Source: Brevundimonas sp. (lineage in GTDB: Bacteria; Pseudomonadota; Alphaproteobacteria; Caulobacterales; Caulobacteraceae). From it: 64,000 bases of DNA. The notes beneath the pieces are model-generated. The model had not been told where the DNA came from. It ran no database searches and worked only from the letters and a program-made list of their open reading frames with translations. The stretch spans positions 245,006 through 309,005 of the forward strand of contig JACVCC010000004.1 of the NCBI GenBank assembly GCA_016742215.1, written 5' to 3'. Shown piece by piece: positions 1-8,676 of this stretch. Position 1 is the stretch's first letter. Every line of letters begins with the position of its first letter. The translations under genes were made by a program, and so were the position numbers.

Positions 1-466
1 CGGCCGGCATGACTGCGGTGTTGGCGGAGTTGGCGTCATTGGGCGACCCGATCCGTGCGCGGGAGTCTCCGGCCGTACCGAAGCCGGGCGTGACGACGGC
101 GTCGATCTCGCTCTCCCAGCGGCGCTTGGGCGTGTCGGCGAAGCGGGCTTCCAGCGTCGCCTGACCATCGCGAATCCGGAAGGCGCGCATCAGGCCGTCC
201 CCGTCGAACCAGTGGGTGGCCGAGCCGCCCGGCCGCCGGAACTTGCCGGGGCCATTGCGGAACAATGCGCCTTCCAGACCGGCGGGCGCGCGGCCGTTGA
301 CCAGCCGCAGAGCGCGCGGGACGATATCGCCCTCCAGATCGGCGGTCGCCAGCGCCCAGTCGGCCGACGCCTGCATGGCGACCATGGCGCGGACGGTCTC
401 GGGGGTGACGACGGCGGCCGACAGGGCGGCGGCGCCCATCAGGAAGTTGCGGCGCGAGGCGAGCAT
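1..466 (-). CDS. Carotenoid oxygenase (RPE65/CCO family) with Tat signal, N-terminal part only (runs off window start)
   Basis: Manual translation from ATG at 466: MLASRRNFLMGAAALSAA...LFRNGPG...HWFDGDGL...NSANT. RNGP, HWFDGDG and NxANT are CCO family motifs, and SRRNFL is a twin-arginine motif. Not in the ORF track because it is truncated. Confidence 0.85.
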   Translation of the reverse strand, partial: MLASRRNFLMGAAALSAAVVTPETVRAMVAMQASADWALATADLEGDIVPRALRLVNGRAPAGLEGALFRNGPGKFRRPGGSATHWFDGDGLMRAFRIRDGQATLEARFADTPKRRWESEIDAVVTPGFGTAGDSRARIGSPNDANSANTAVMPA

Positions 467-489
467 GATGGTTCTCCTGCCCGGTTCAA

Positions 490-909
490 TCAGCGGATGG
501 TGATGGTCTGGGCGACGTCGCCCGAGACGGAGAACCGCGCCCGCTCCCAGCTGGCGGGTCCCATGTTGCCGACCGCATTGTTGGAGAAGGCGAAGGGCTC
601 GACCGGCAGGCCGAACGGATTGGTGTTCATCCGCCCGTCGCCGTTCACGTCATGGAACGCCTTCACGGCGTAGTCGCCGGCCGGCAGGTTCGGGAAGGTC
701 GCGACCGTCTGGCCGGAGGCGTCGACCATCGTCTGGGCGACCGCCGGGCCGGACCGATAGCCGTCTTCGGAATTGTACAGCGCGACCATGATCGCGCCGG
801 TGCGTGCGCCGACTTCAAACGTCAGGGTCACCGTGGCCTGGGCATCCTGGGCAGCGGCAGGGGCGGCGATCAGTGCAAGGGCCGCGAAAGCGGTGGCGAG
901 GCGGATCAT
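490..909 (-). CDS. DUF2141 family secreted protein
   Basis: Signal peptide followed by GDYAVKAFHDVNGDGRMNTNPFGLPVEPFAFSNN, which is typical of DUF2141. Confidence 0.85.
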   Translation of the reverse strand: MIRLATAFAALALIAAPAAAQDAQATVTLTFEVGARTGAIMVALYNSEDGYRSGPAVAQTMVDASGQTVATFPNLPAGDYAVKAFHDVNGDGRMNTNPFGLPVEPFAFSNNAVGNMGPASWERARFSVSGDVAQTITIR

Positions 910-1002
910 GGCGAGGGCTCCGGGACGAGGAGGACCCGACCACCGGGCCTCCGATGCCCTGACCCTGTCGTCCGATCAGACAGTACGCCACGCCGTCTTC
1001 AG

Positions 1003-1060
1003 GAACGGACGGCCCGACTACGCGAACGAACCGGACCGACCGTTCACGCTTCGCGAACGG
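1003..1060. promoter_or_regulatory. Phased GAACG direct repeats upstream of the DUF2141/CCO operon (LytTR-like operator candidate)
   Basis: GAACG starts at 1003, 1024 and 1055 (21 and 31 bp spacing), with an inverted copy at 1041. Confidence 0.4.
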
Positions 1061-1508
1061 ACACCATCGGCCGACGATCACCGAATGCGCGGGCGCCGAA
1101 TGCGAAGGCGGCGGAGGCGAAACCGAGCGCGGCGGACAGCGCCGCTTCCGCATAGCCAGACGCCGTCACCGCGAACGGCACAGGCCCAACCGCCGCGATG
1201 GCCTGCTGGATGATCATGATGGCGTACAGGGCGCCCAGTCCGCCGAGAACAAGAGTGAAGAAACCGAGGATCGTCAGCGGCGTGCGGAACAGGCCCCGGC
1301 CGGTCAACAGGTCAGCGGTCGCCAGCCCTGTGATCGGAAGATAGGCCATCAGCAGAACCAGCATGGCCAGCCGGGTGATGATGTTGGCGTCCGAGAAGAT
1401 CGTTCCCGCGCTCATACCCTCGAGATATGTCCGCGAGAGCCACCCAACGACCGATGCCGACGCCACGAAGCCCGCCGCGGCGGCGGCCGGCAAGACCAAC
1501 TTCTTCAA
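1044..1508 (-). CDS. Membrane protein with a MotA/TolQ/ExbB-like C-terminal hairpin
   Basis: Several hydrophobic helices; GLGALYAIMIIQQAIAAVGPVPFAVTASGYAEAALSAALG resembles the ExbB/TolQ TM2-TM3 pattern. TTG start at 1508 chosen to avoid overlap with regA. Confidence 0.5.
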   Translation of the reverse strand: MKKLVLPAAAAAGFVASASVVGWLSRTYLEGMSAGTIFSDANIITRLAMLVLLMAYLPITGLATADLLTGRGLFRTPLTILGFFTLVLGGLGALYAIMIIQQAIAAVGPVPFAVTASGYAEAALSAALGFASAAFAFGARAFGDRRPMVSVREA

Positions 1509-1566
1509 ACTCGCCCCCGAACAAGACCCAACCACAGGTTGGCGCCTGACGGGTCGACTTGCAATC

Positions 1567-2124
1567 CTAGCGCGGCGCGCGCTTGGCCAGAATTCGCTGA
1601 AGCGTGCGGCGGTGCATCCCGAGGCGACGCGCGGTCTCCGAGACGTTGTGGTCGCAGAGCTCATAGACCCGCTGGATATGCTCCCAGCGAACCCGGTCGG
1701 CGCTCATCGGATTGTCCGGCGGTTCCGGAGCCTCACCGGTCATCAGCAACGCCTTGACCACATCATCCGCATCGGCCGGTTTCTGCAGATAGTCGACAGC
1801 GCCGGCCTTCACGGCCGCGACCGCGGTAGCGATCGCGCCGTAGCCGGTCAGCATGACCATGCGAGCATCCTCGCGACGGTCGCGGATCATCTCGACGACC
1901 TTGAGGCCGTTGCCGTCCTCCAGACGCATGTCGAGCACGGCGAAGGCGGGGACGGAGGTTCGCAGGGCGTCGGCCGCCTCGGCGACGGAGCCGGCGGTGG
2001 TGACCACGAAGCCCCGGCTTTCCAGCGCACGGCCGAGGCGGGTGCGCAGGGCGCTGTCGTCATCGAGCAGCAGCAGGGTCTTGTCTTCCAGGGCGGCGAT
2101 GTGGGCTTCAGTCTCGGACATCAT
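1567..2124 (-). CDS. regA: ActR/PrrA/RegA response regulator
   Basis: REC domain plus the conserved NPMSADRVRWEHIQRVYELCDHNVSETARRLGMHRRTLQRILAKRAPR tail. Confidence 0.95.
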   Translation of the reverse strand: MMSETEAHIAALEDKTLLLLDDDSALRTRLGRALESRGFVVTTAGSVAEAADALRTSVPAFAVLDMRLEDGNGLKVVEMIRDRREDARMVMLTGYGAIATAVAAVKAGAVDYLQKPADADDVVKALLMTGEAPEPPDNPMSADRVRWEHIQRVYELCDHNVSETARRLGMHRRTLQRILAKRAPR

Positions 2125-2205
2125 CTTCTCCTTGCCGCTCAAGTCGGTAACGGATCAGCTGCGGTCAAGGTTCAGGAGCCGGGGTGCGACACCACGGACC
2201 ATCGC

Positions 2206-3693
2206 TCAGGCCGCCACTTCCAGGGACGCACGCGACCAACGCACGGAAACCCGCGCGCCCTTCGGCTGGCCCCGCCCGCCGTCGCCAGCGCCCGCGCTGA
2301 CCTTGCCTCCGGTGCGTTCCAGCAGCGTGCGCGCGATGAAGAAGCCCAGTCCCATACCGCCCTGGCTGGGCGCGATGGCTTCTGGCTCCGGCGTCGCGCC
2401 CTTCCGGCCCTTCCGGCCCGGCGCGGCAGAGGCGACCGAGGCGGCGATCTGGGCAGCGAGGGCGCGGCGGGCCTTGCCGTGCGGACGGCTGGTCACATAG
2501 GGCTCACCGAGCCGAGGCAGGATGTCGGGCGGGAAGCCAGGACCATCGTCCACGACCTCGATCTCGATGAAGCCCGCGTCGACGGTGGCCCGCACCCGGA
2601 CCCGATTGGCGGCGAAGTCGGCCGCGTTCTCGACAAGGGTGGAAAGCCCGTGGATCACCTCCGGCAGCCGACGCACGCGCGGGGGCGCTTCGCCCGACGC
2701 GGTGCGCACCGAGACGTCGAACGCCAGATCGAAACCGCGATGGGGCTCGACGACCTCTTCCAGCAACGCCTTCAACCCGACTTCGGCGAAGGCGATGCCG
2801 CCCTCCTCCGGCTGTTGCGACAGGCGTTTCAGGATCTCGCGGCACCGGTCGGCCTGCTGAAGGATCAGGGCAGCGTCCTCTGCGGCCTGACCGCCTTGGG
2901 CAGAAGCCCTCTGCAGCTCCTTGGCCACCACCTGGATCGTCGCCAGCGGCGTGCCCAGTTCGTGGGCGGCTGAGGCCGCCAGCCCGCCAAGAGCCGCCAT
3001 CCGCTGCTCGCGCTGCAGAACGTCCTGGGTGGTGGCGAGCGCCAGTTCCAGTTTCTCGGCGTCCGCGGCCACGCGCCAGGCATAGGCCGAGGTGAAGACC
3101 ACGCCCGTGGTCAGCGCCATGCCGATACCGACCTTGTACAGGGTCGGCAGCTCGAGGTGGGTGCCCAGCTGCCACGGCAGGGGAAGCGAGAAATAGAACA
3201 GACCGACGGTCGCGAGCAGCACCATCAGGCCCATCAGCACCGCCTGGCGGGCCGGCAGAGAGGCCGCCGCGATGGTGACCGGAGCGACCAGCAGGATGCA
3301 GAACGGATTCTGCAGGCCGCCGGTCAGGGCCAGAAGGATCGAGAGCTGGAGGATGTCGAAGCCAAGGTGCCCGGCCGTCCGCACGCCGTCCGAGATCGGC
3401 GCGTCCGTCCGCTTCAGGCGTGCGGTTGAGCTCAGATTCATCGCCACGCTGGTCGCGATGACGGCCAGACAACCCCACAACGGAAGGTCAAAGTGGAACC
3501 AGGCGGTGGCGACAAGGATGGTCGCGCTCTGACCGAAGATCGCCATCCAGCGCAGGATGATCAGGGTGCGCAGCGATAGTCCGCGACTGCGACGAGGCAT
3601 GTTGCGCCAGCCCGCCAACGGACTGGCGGCCGGCCACGCATTCGCCGGTGGGGGCGACGGCTGCGGCGAAGGGTGGTCTTCTGTGACGCTCAC
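2206..3693 (-). CDS. regB: ActS/PrrB/RegB redox sensor histidine kinase
   Basis: TM region with GGLQNPF quinone-binding motif, H-box AAHELGTPL, QADRC redox Cys and HATPase boxes. Confidence 0.93.
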   Translation of the reverse strand: MSVTEDHPSPQPSPPPANAWPAASPLAGWRNMPRRSRGLSLRTLIILRWMAIFGQSATILVATAWFHFDLPLWGCLAVIATSVAMNLSSTARLKRTDAPISDGVRTAGHLGFDILQLSILLALTGGLQNPFCILLVAPVTIAAASLPARQAVLMGLMVLLATVGLFYFSLPLPWQLGTHLELPTLYKVGIGMALTTGVVFTSAYAWRVAADAEKLELALATTQDVLQREQRMAALGGLAASAAHELGTPLATIQVVAKELQRASAQGGQAAEDAALILQQADRCREILKRLSQQPEEGGIAFAEVGLKALLEEVVEPHRGFDLAFDVSVRTASGEAPPRVRRLPEVIHGLSTLVENAADFAANRVRVRATVDAGFIEIEVVDDGPGFPPDILPRLGEPYVTSRPHGKARRALAAQIAASVASAAPGRKGRKGATPEPEAIAPSQGGMGLGFFIARTLLERTGGKVSAGAGDGGRGQPKGARVSVRWSRASLEVAA

Positions 3694-3746
3694 GCCTCTT
3701 CTATAGACCGGTTCGGGCCGCTCGGGGCCTTTTCGAGAGGGTCGCG

Positions 3747-4367
3747 ATGCCGCGCCGTTCCATTCTCCTGTTTGCCGGCGCCTGCATCGCCATCGCCGCC
3801 GCCCTGGCCGTCGTCACCATGGTCGTCGTCGGCCGCCAGGACGCTGCCGGACCGGGCGTTGTCAGCAGCACCGGTCAGCCGCAGGTCGGCGGGCCGTTCC
3901 AGCTGGTCAACCAGGACGGACAGACCGTCGATCAGACCATGCTGGACGGGCGCTGGTCCTTGGTCTTCTTCGGCTTCACCTACTGCCCCGACTACTGCCC
4001 CACGACCCTGACGTCGCTGGAAGCGACGAAGCGGCAGATGGGTGCGAAGGCTGACGATCTGCAGATCGTCTTCATCTCCGTCGATCCGGAGCGCGACACG
4101 CCGCAGGCGCTGAAGGACTATCTGTCCACCGACGGCTTCCCGCAGGGCGTCATCGGCCTGACGGGCACGCCGCAGCAGGTGCGGGCCGCCGCCGACGCCT
4201 ATCGCGCCATGTACCAGAAGGTCGGAGAGGGCGAGGGCTACACCATGAACCACTCGCTGACCGTCTATCTGATGGGGCCGGACGGGAAGTTCCGCACCGC
4301 GGTCGCGCACGATCTCGGACCGGAACGGGCGGCGCAGGTCATCGAACGGGCGATGGCGCGGGGATAG
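3747..4367 (+). CDS. SCO/SenC/PrrC copper chaperone
   Basis: FGFTYCPDYCP motif, ISVDPERDT and conserved His; divergent from regB as in regB-senC-regA loci. Confidence 0.93.
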   Translation: MPRRSILLFAGACIAIAAALAVVTMVVVGRQDAAGPGVVSSTGQPQVGGPFQLVNQDGQTVDQTMLDGRWSLVFFGFTYCPDYCPTTLTSLEATKRQMGAKADDLQIVFISVDPERDTPQALKDYLSTDGFPQGVIGLTGTPQQVRAAADAYRAMYQKVGEGEGYTMNHSLTVYLMGPDGKFRTAVAHDLGPERAAQVIERAMARG

Positions 4368-4468
4368 GCGTCCTCAAACCCACGTGATCGTCGATAATCT
4401 TTTTGCAGTGCGATGCGTTCTATGGTGCCCTGCCGCATTCTCGCGGCGGGGGCCGTATCAGGACACGC

Positions 4469-5749
4469 ATGCTCTATACGCTTCACGAGCTGGCCTATGC
4501 ATCGGCCGCTCCCTTCCGGATCGGGGCCCAGATGGCCCGGGATTTCTGGACCTCACCCTTCAATCCGGCCTCTGACACCGCCATCGGCCGGACGGCGTTT
4601 GCCTCGGCGGAACTGTTCGAGAGCGTCACGCGCCGCTACGGCAAGCCCGACTGGGGTCTGGACGTCATCACCATCGACAACCGGCCGGTGCGCACGACCG
4701 AGCAGGTCGTCTGGTCGTCGCCCTGGTGCAGACTGGTCCGGTTCGCCCGCCACATCGGCGACCTGAAGCGGGCGGGCAAGCCTGCCTCGGCGCCGGCGGT
4801 GCTGATCGTGGCTCCGCTGTCGGGCCACTACGCCACCCTGCTGCGCGGAACGGTCGAGGGCTTCCTGCAGGACCACGACGTCTATGTCACCGACTGGACC
4901 AATGCGCGGCAGGTGCCGATGCTGGAAGGCCGGTTCGACTTCTTCGACTACATGGACCACGTCCGCTCCATGCTGGGCGTGATCGGCCCACGCGCCCACG
5001 TGGTCGGCGTCTGCCAGCCCGGACCACCGGTGCTGGCGGCCTGCGCCCTGATGGCCGAGGACGAGGATCCCAATCGTCCGGCGTCAATGACCTTTATGGG
5101 TTCGCCGATCGACGCCCGCCTGTCGCCGACGGTTACAAACCAGCTGGCGGAAGAGAAGCCCTTCACCTGGTTCAGTTCGAACATGATCCACACTGTGCCC
5201 TGGCCCTATCCGGGCTTCGGACGCCGGGTCTATCCGGGCTTCGTGCAGCTCTACAGCTTCATGTCGATGAACGAGGACAAGCACGTCGACGCCCACTGGC
5301 GCTATTTCCAGGATCTGGTGTCCGGCGACGGCGACGGGGCGCAGAAGCACGAGGAATTCTACGACGAGTACCTGTCGGTTCTCGACCTGACCGAAGAGTT
5401 CTACCTGCAGACCATCGACATCGTCTTCCAGCAGCATCTGCTACCGCGCGGCCTGCTGGAGCATCGCGGGCGCAAGGTCGATCTCACCAAGATCACCGAC
5501 ATCGGCCTGATGACCGTAGAGGGCGAGAAGGACGACATTTCCGGCGTCGGCCAGACCCAGGCGGCGCACGTGCTGTGCACCCAAATCCCGGACGAGCGTC
5601 GGGTGCTGTACGTCCAGCCCGAAGTCGGCCACTACGGCGTCTTCAACGGGCGCCGGTTCCGGGACGAGATCTACCCGCGCGTCCGCGACTTTATCGCGGC
5701 CAATGAGGCGCTGAGTGCAGTACCGGAACGGACAGCGACTGCCGCCTGA
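4469..5749 (+). CDS. phaZ: Intracellular polyhydroxyalkanoate depolymerase
   Basis: APLSGHYATLLR, GVCQP, TVEGEKDDISG and VGHYGVFNG motifs; start MLYTLHE. Confidence 0.93.
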   Translation: MLYTLHELAYASAAPFRIGAQMARDFWTSPFNPASDTAIGRTAFASAELFESVTRRYGKPDWGLDVITIDNRPVRTTEQVVWSSPWCRLVRFARHIGDLKRAGKPASAPAVLIVAPLSGHYATLLRGTVEGFLQDHDVYVTDWTNARQVPMLEGRFDFFDYMDHVRSMLGVIGPRAHVVGVCQPGPPVLAACALMAEDEDPNRPASMTFMGSPIDARLSPTVTNQLAEEKPFTWFSSNMIHTVPWPYPGFGRRVYPGFVQLYSFMSMNEDKHVDAHWRYFQDLVSGDGDGAQKHEEFYDEYLSVLDLTEEFYLQTIDIVFQQHLLPRGLLEHRGRKVDLTKITDIGLMTVEGEKDDISGVGQTQAAHVLCTQIPDERRVLYVQPEVGHYGVFNGRRFRDEIYPRVRDFIAANEALSAVPERTATAA

Positions 5750-6431
5750 GGCCCTCGGGGTCCCCATTCGACTGTCGGTGAACCCCCGCGCCCGGCGGCT
5801 GTCGATCCGCATCGACGCCCGCGCCGGCGAGGCCGTTCTGGTCGCCCCGTCCGAGCGCAAGCTGGGCGATGTGATCGCCTTCGCCCGCACAAAGTCCGAC
5901 TGGATGCGTCAGCGACTCGCGGAGCGGGTCGAGGGACAGCCGCTCGAGCCAGGCGAGACCATCCCGCTGTTCGGACGTGATACCCGACTGGTCGCCACTG
6001 GCGGCGCGGGGGCGGCGCGACTGATCGACGGGCCGGACGGGCCGGTCATCCAGTCCGGCGGGGAGGGCGAGGCCTTCGCCCGTCGCGTCGAGAACCTGAT
6101 CAAGCGGCTGGCCCGACAGGTCCTCGTCGAACGCACCGAGCACCATCTGCAGACGCTGGGGCAGAAGCCGGTTCGCGTCTCCATCGCCGACAACAAATCC
6201 CGCTGGGGCTCGTGCAGCCCACACAATCGCAGCATCCGCTACAGCTGGCGCGTGATCATGGCTCCGCCGGCGGTGGCGGACTATCTGGCCGCGCACGAGG
6301 TCGCCCACCTCGTCCATGCGGACCACAGCCCGGCCTACTGGTCAGTTGTCGAGCGGCTGGTCGGCGACCATCGTCCCTTCCGCAAATGGCTGCGCGAGCA
6401 CGGCGCAGCCCTCCACGCCGTCGGGCGATAG
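5715..6431 (+). CDS. M48/YgjP-like (DUF45) metallopeptidase
   Basis: SRWGSCS and DYLAAHEVAHLVHADHS (HExxH) motifs. Confidence 0.88.
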   Translation: MQYRNGQRLPPEALGVPIRLSVNPRARRLSIRIDARAGEAVLVAPSERKLGDVIAFARTKSDWMRQRLAERVEGQPLEPGETIPLFGRDTRLVATGGAGAARLIDGPDGPVIQSGGEGEAFARRVENLIKRLARQVLVERTEHHLQTLGQKPVRVSIADNKSRWGSCSPHNRSIRYSWRVIMAPPAVADYLAAHEVAHLVHADHSPAYWSVVERLVGDHRPFRKWLREHGAALHAVGR

Positions 6432-6437
6432 CCTCCG

Positions 6438-8555
6438 TCAGAAGAACAGCGGATCCGCGCGCTTCTCGGCCGGCGGCGTCGGCTCGGGCCGCTGCGCCGG
6501 CTCGTCCCTCTGGGGCTGGGGTTGCGTGGGCCGGATGACCGGCTGCTGCGGCTCGGCCGGGCGGGGCTGAGGCTGCGGATTGGCCGGCGGCGTCGACGGG
6601 TTCGGCTCATAGGGCGTGCCTTCGTCCGCCGGCGGACTGTCGCCGAACAGGTCGCCGATCTGGCCCAGGAGGTTCTCGACCGGGCTGGGCGGCTGCCAGC
6701 CTTCCGGCATGGGCGGGCCGTTCGGGATGGCCGGGGCGTTCAGACGCGGCAGGGCCGCCTCCATGAAGCCGCGCCAGATCGCCGCCGGGGCTGCGCCGCC
6801 GGTGACGCCGCGCATCGGTGTGTTGTCGTCCTTGCCGACCCAGACGGCGGTGACGAAGCCGCCGGTGTAGCCCACGAACCAGGCGTCCTTGTAGTCCGAG
6901 GTCGTGCCCGTCTTGCCCGCCAGGTCGCGGCCGGCGATGGCGGCGCTGCGGCCGGTGCCTGAGCTGACGACGCCGCGCAGCATCTGGTTCTGGTAGTAGA
7001 GGAAGGGGTTCGGGATGGCCTGAACCGCGGCCGCCTCACGGCTGGCGCGCTGGTAGATCACCCGGCCCTGCGGCGTGCGGATGCGGCTGATGCCGTGAGC
7101 CTGCACCCGCTTGCCGCCGTTGGCGAAGGCGTCATAGGCCTGGGCCATCTCCAGCGGAGAGACCTCGACCGCGCCCAGAGCCATGGCCGGCTCCAGACCG
7201 ATGCGGCTGGTTATGCCGAGGCGGCGCGCAGTGCGGGCGACATTGTCGCGACCGATCTGGTCGGCGATGCCCGCCGCGACCGTATTGGTCGACTGGGCCA
7301 CGGCGTTGGCCAGGGTCATCTCGCCCGCGAAGTTGCCGGAGTAGTTGCGCGGCGACCAGTTGCCGATGCGGATCGGGGCGTCATTGACGCGGGTCTCGGG
7401 CGTGTAGCCGCTCTCCAGCGCCGTCAGATAGACGAAGGGCTTGAACGCCGACCCGGCCTGACGGCGGGCGTCGGTGGCGCGGTTGAACTGACTGTCGGCA
7501 TAGGAGGCGCCGCCGATCATGGCGCGCACCCGGCCTTCGCCGTCCAGCGCCACGAGCGCGGCCTGCTGCACGCCACGCGAGCGGTCGCGATCCAGAATGC
7601 GGCGCACGGAGCGCTCGGCCTGGGTCTGCAGGGTCAGGTCCAGCGTGGTCTCGACGATCATGTCCTCGGTCGGCTCGCCGACCAATTCGCGGATCTGCTT
7701 GTCCAGCCAGTCGATGAAGTACTGGGCGTGCTGGGTGGCCAGGGTGCGCGAGACGCGGACCGGCTCGGTCACGGCCTGGGCGCGCTGTTCCGGCGTGATC
7801 ACGCGAGCGTCGACCATCTCGTTCAGCACGACGGTGGCGCGATTGGCGGCGCGCTCGCTTTCAGACACAGGCGAATAGCGCGACGGCGCCTTCAGCAGGC
7901 CGGCCAGGAGCGCGGCCTCGCCGACGGTCAGATTGTTGGCCGACTTGTCGAAATAGCGCTGGGACGCCGCCTCGATGCCATAGGCGCCGGCGCCGAAATA
8001 GACGCGGTTCAGATAGAGCGCGAGGATCTCTTCCTTGGAGAATTTCATCTCCAGCCACACGGCCAGCATCAGCTCCTGGACCTTGCGCTTCATATTCTGG
8101 TCGGGGCTGAGGAAGAGGTTCTTCGCCAGCTGCTGCGTCAGGGTCGAACCGCCCTGCACCACGCGGCCGGCGCGCATGTTCGACACCATCGCCCGGCTCA
8201 TGCCGATCGGGTCGAAGCCGGGGTGGTGGTAGAAGCGCCGGTCCTCGATGGCGATGAAGGCGGCCGGGACATAGTCCGGCAGCGCATCGAGATCCGCGGG
8301 CGGCGCCTGCTGGGTGCCGCGCACCGCGATCAGGGCGCCGTTGCGATCGAGGTAGGTGATCGAGGGCTGCCGATCGACATTGTACAGGGTCGAGGTGTCC
8401 GGCAGGTCGCGCGCGAAGACCGCGAAGAAGACCACCAGGAAGATGACGCCCCAGACGGCCAGCACCGCGCCCCAGTAGAGCACGCGCTGCAACGGCGTCC
8501 GCGCCGGCTTTTCGCCGCCACCGCTGCCGCGTCCGAAGCTGAAGCCACCGGCCAT
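6438..8555 (-). CDS. Class A penicillin-binding protein (transglycosylase/transpeptidase)
   Basis: EDRRFYHH and GGSTLTQQLAKNL (transglycosylase); SAFK, STN and KTG (transpeptidase); N-terminal TM and Pro-rich C-tail. Confidence 0.93.
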   Translation of the reverse strand: MAGGFSFGRGSGGGEKPARTPLQRVLYWGAVLAVWGVIFLVVFFAVFARDLPDTSTLYNVDRQPSITYLDRNGALIAVRGTQQAPPADLDALPDYVPAAFIAIEDRRFYHHPGFDPIGMSRAMVSNMRAGRVVQGGSTLTQQLAKNLFLSPDQNMKRKVQELMLAVWLEMKFSKEEILALYLNRVYFGAGAYGIEAASQRYFDKSANNLTVGEAALLAGLLKAPSRYSPVSESERAANRATVVLNEMVDARVITPEQRAQAVTEPVRVSRTLATQHAQYFIDWLDKQIRELVGEPTEDMIVETTLDLTLQTQAERSVRRILDRDRSRGVQQAALVALDGEGRVRAMIGGASYADSQFNRATDARRQAGSAFKPFVYLTALESGYTPETRVNDAPIRIGNWSPRNYSGNFAGEMTLANAVAQSTNTVAAGIADQIGRDNVARTARRLGITSRIGLEPAMALGAVEVSPLEMAQAYDAFANGGKRVQAHGISRIRTPQGRVIYQRASREAAAVQAIPNPFLYYQNQMLRGVVSSGTGRSAAIAGRDLAGKTGTTSDYKDAWFVGYTGGFVTAVWVGKDDNTPMRGVTGGAAPAAIWRGFMEAALPRLNAPAIPNGPPMPEGWQPPSPVENLLGQIGDLFGDSPPADEGTPYEPNPSTPPANPQPQPRPAEPQQPVIRPTQPQPQRDEPAQRPEPTPPAEKRADPLFF

Positions 8556-8676
8556 GGAATACCTCACCCAACCCGCTGCATCGGTCCTAGCCGATCAGGC
8601 GGTGAACGGAAACGCCCCCGCGTCTCTCACGAGACCGTGAACGACGTTTCCGCCGAAACCATGACCTTGGAGCGGC

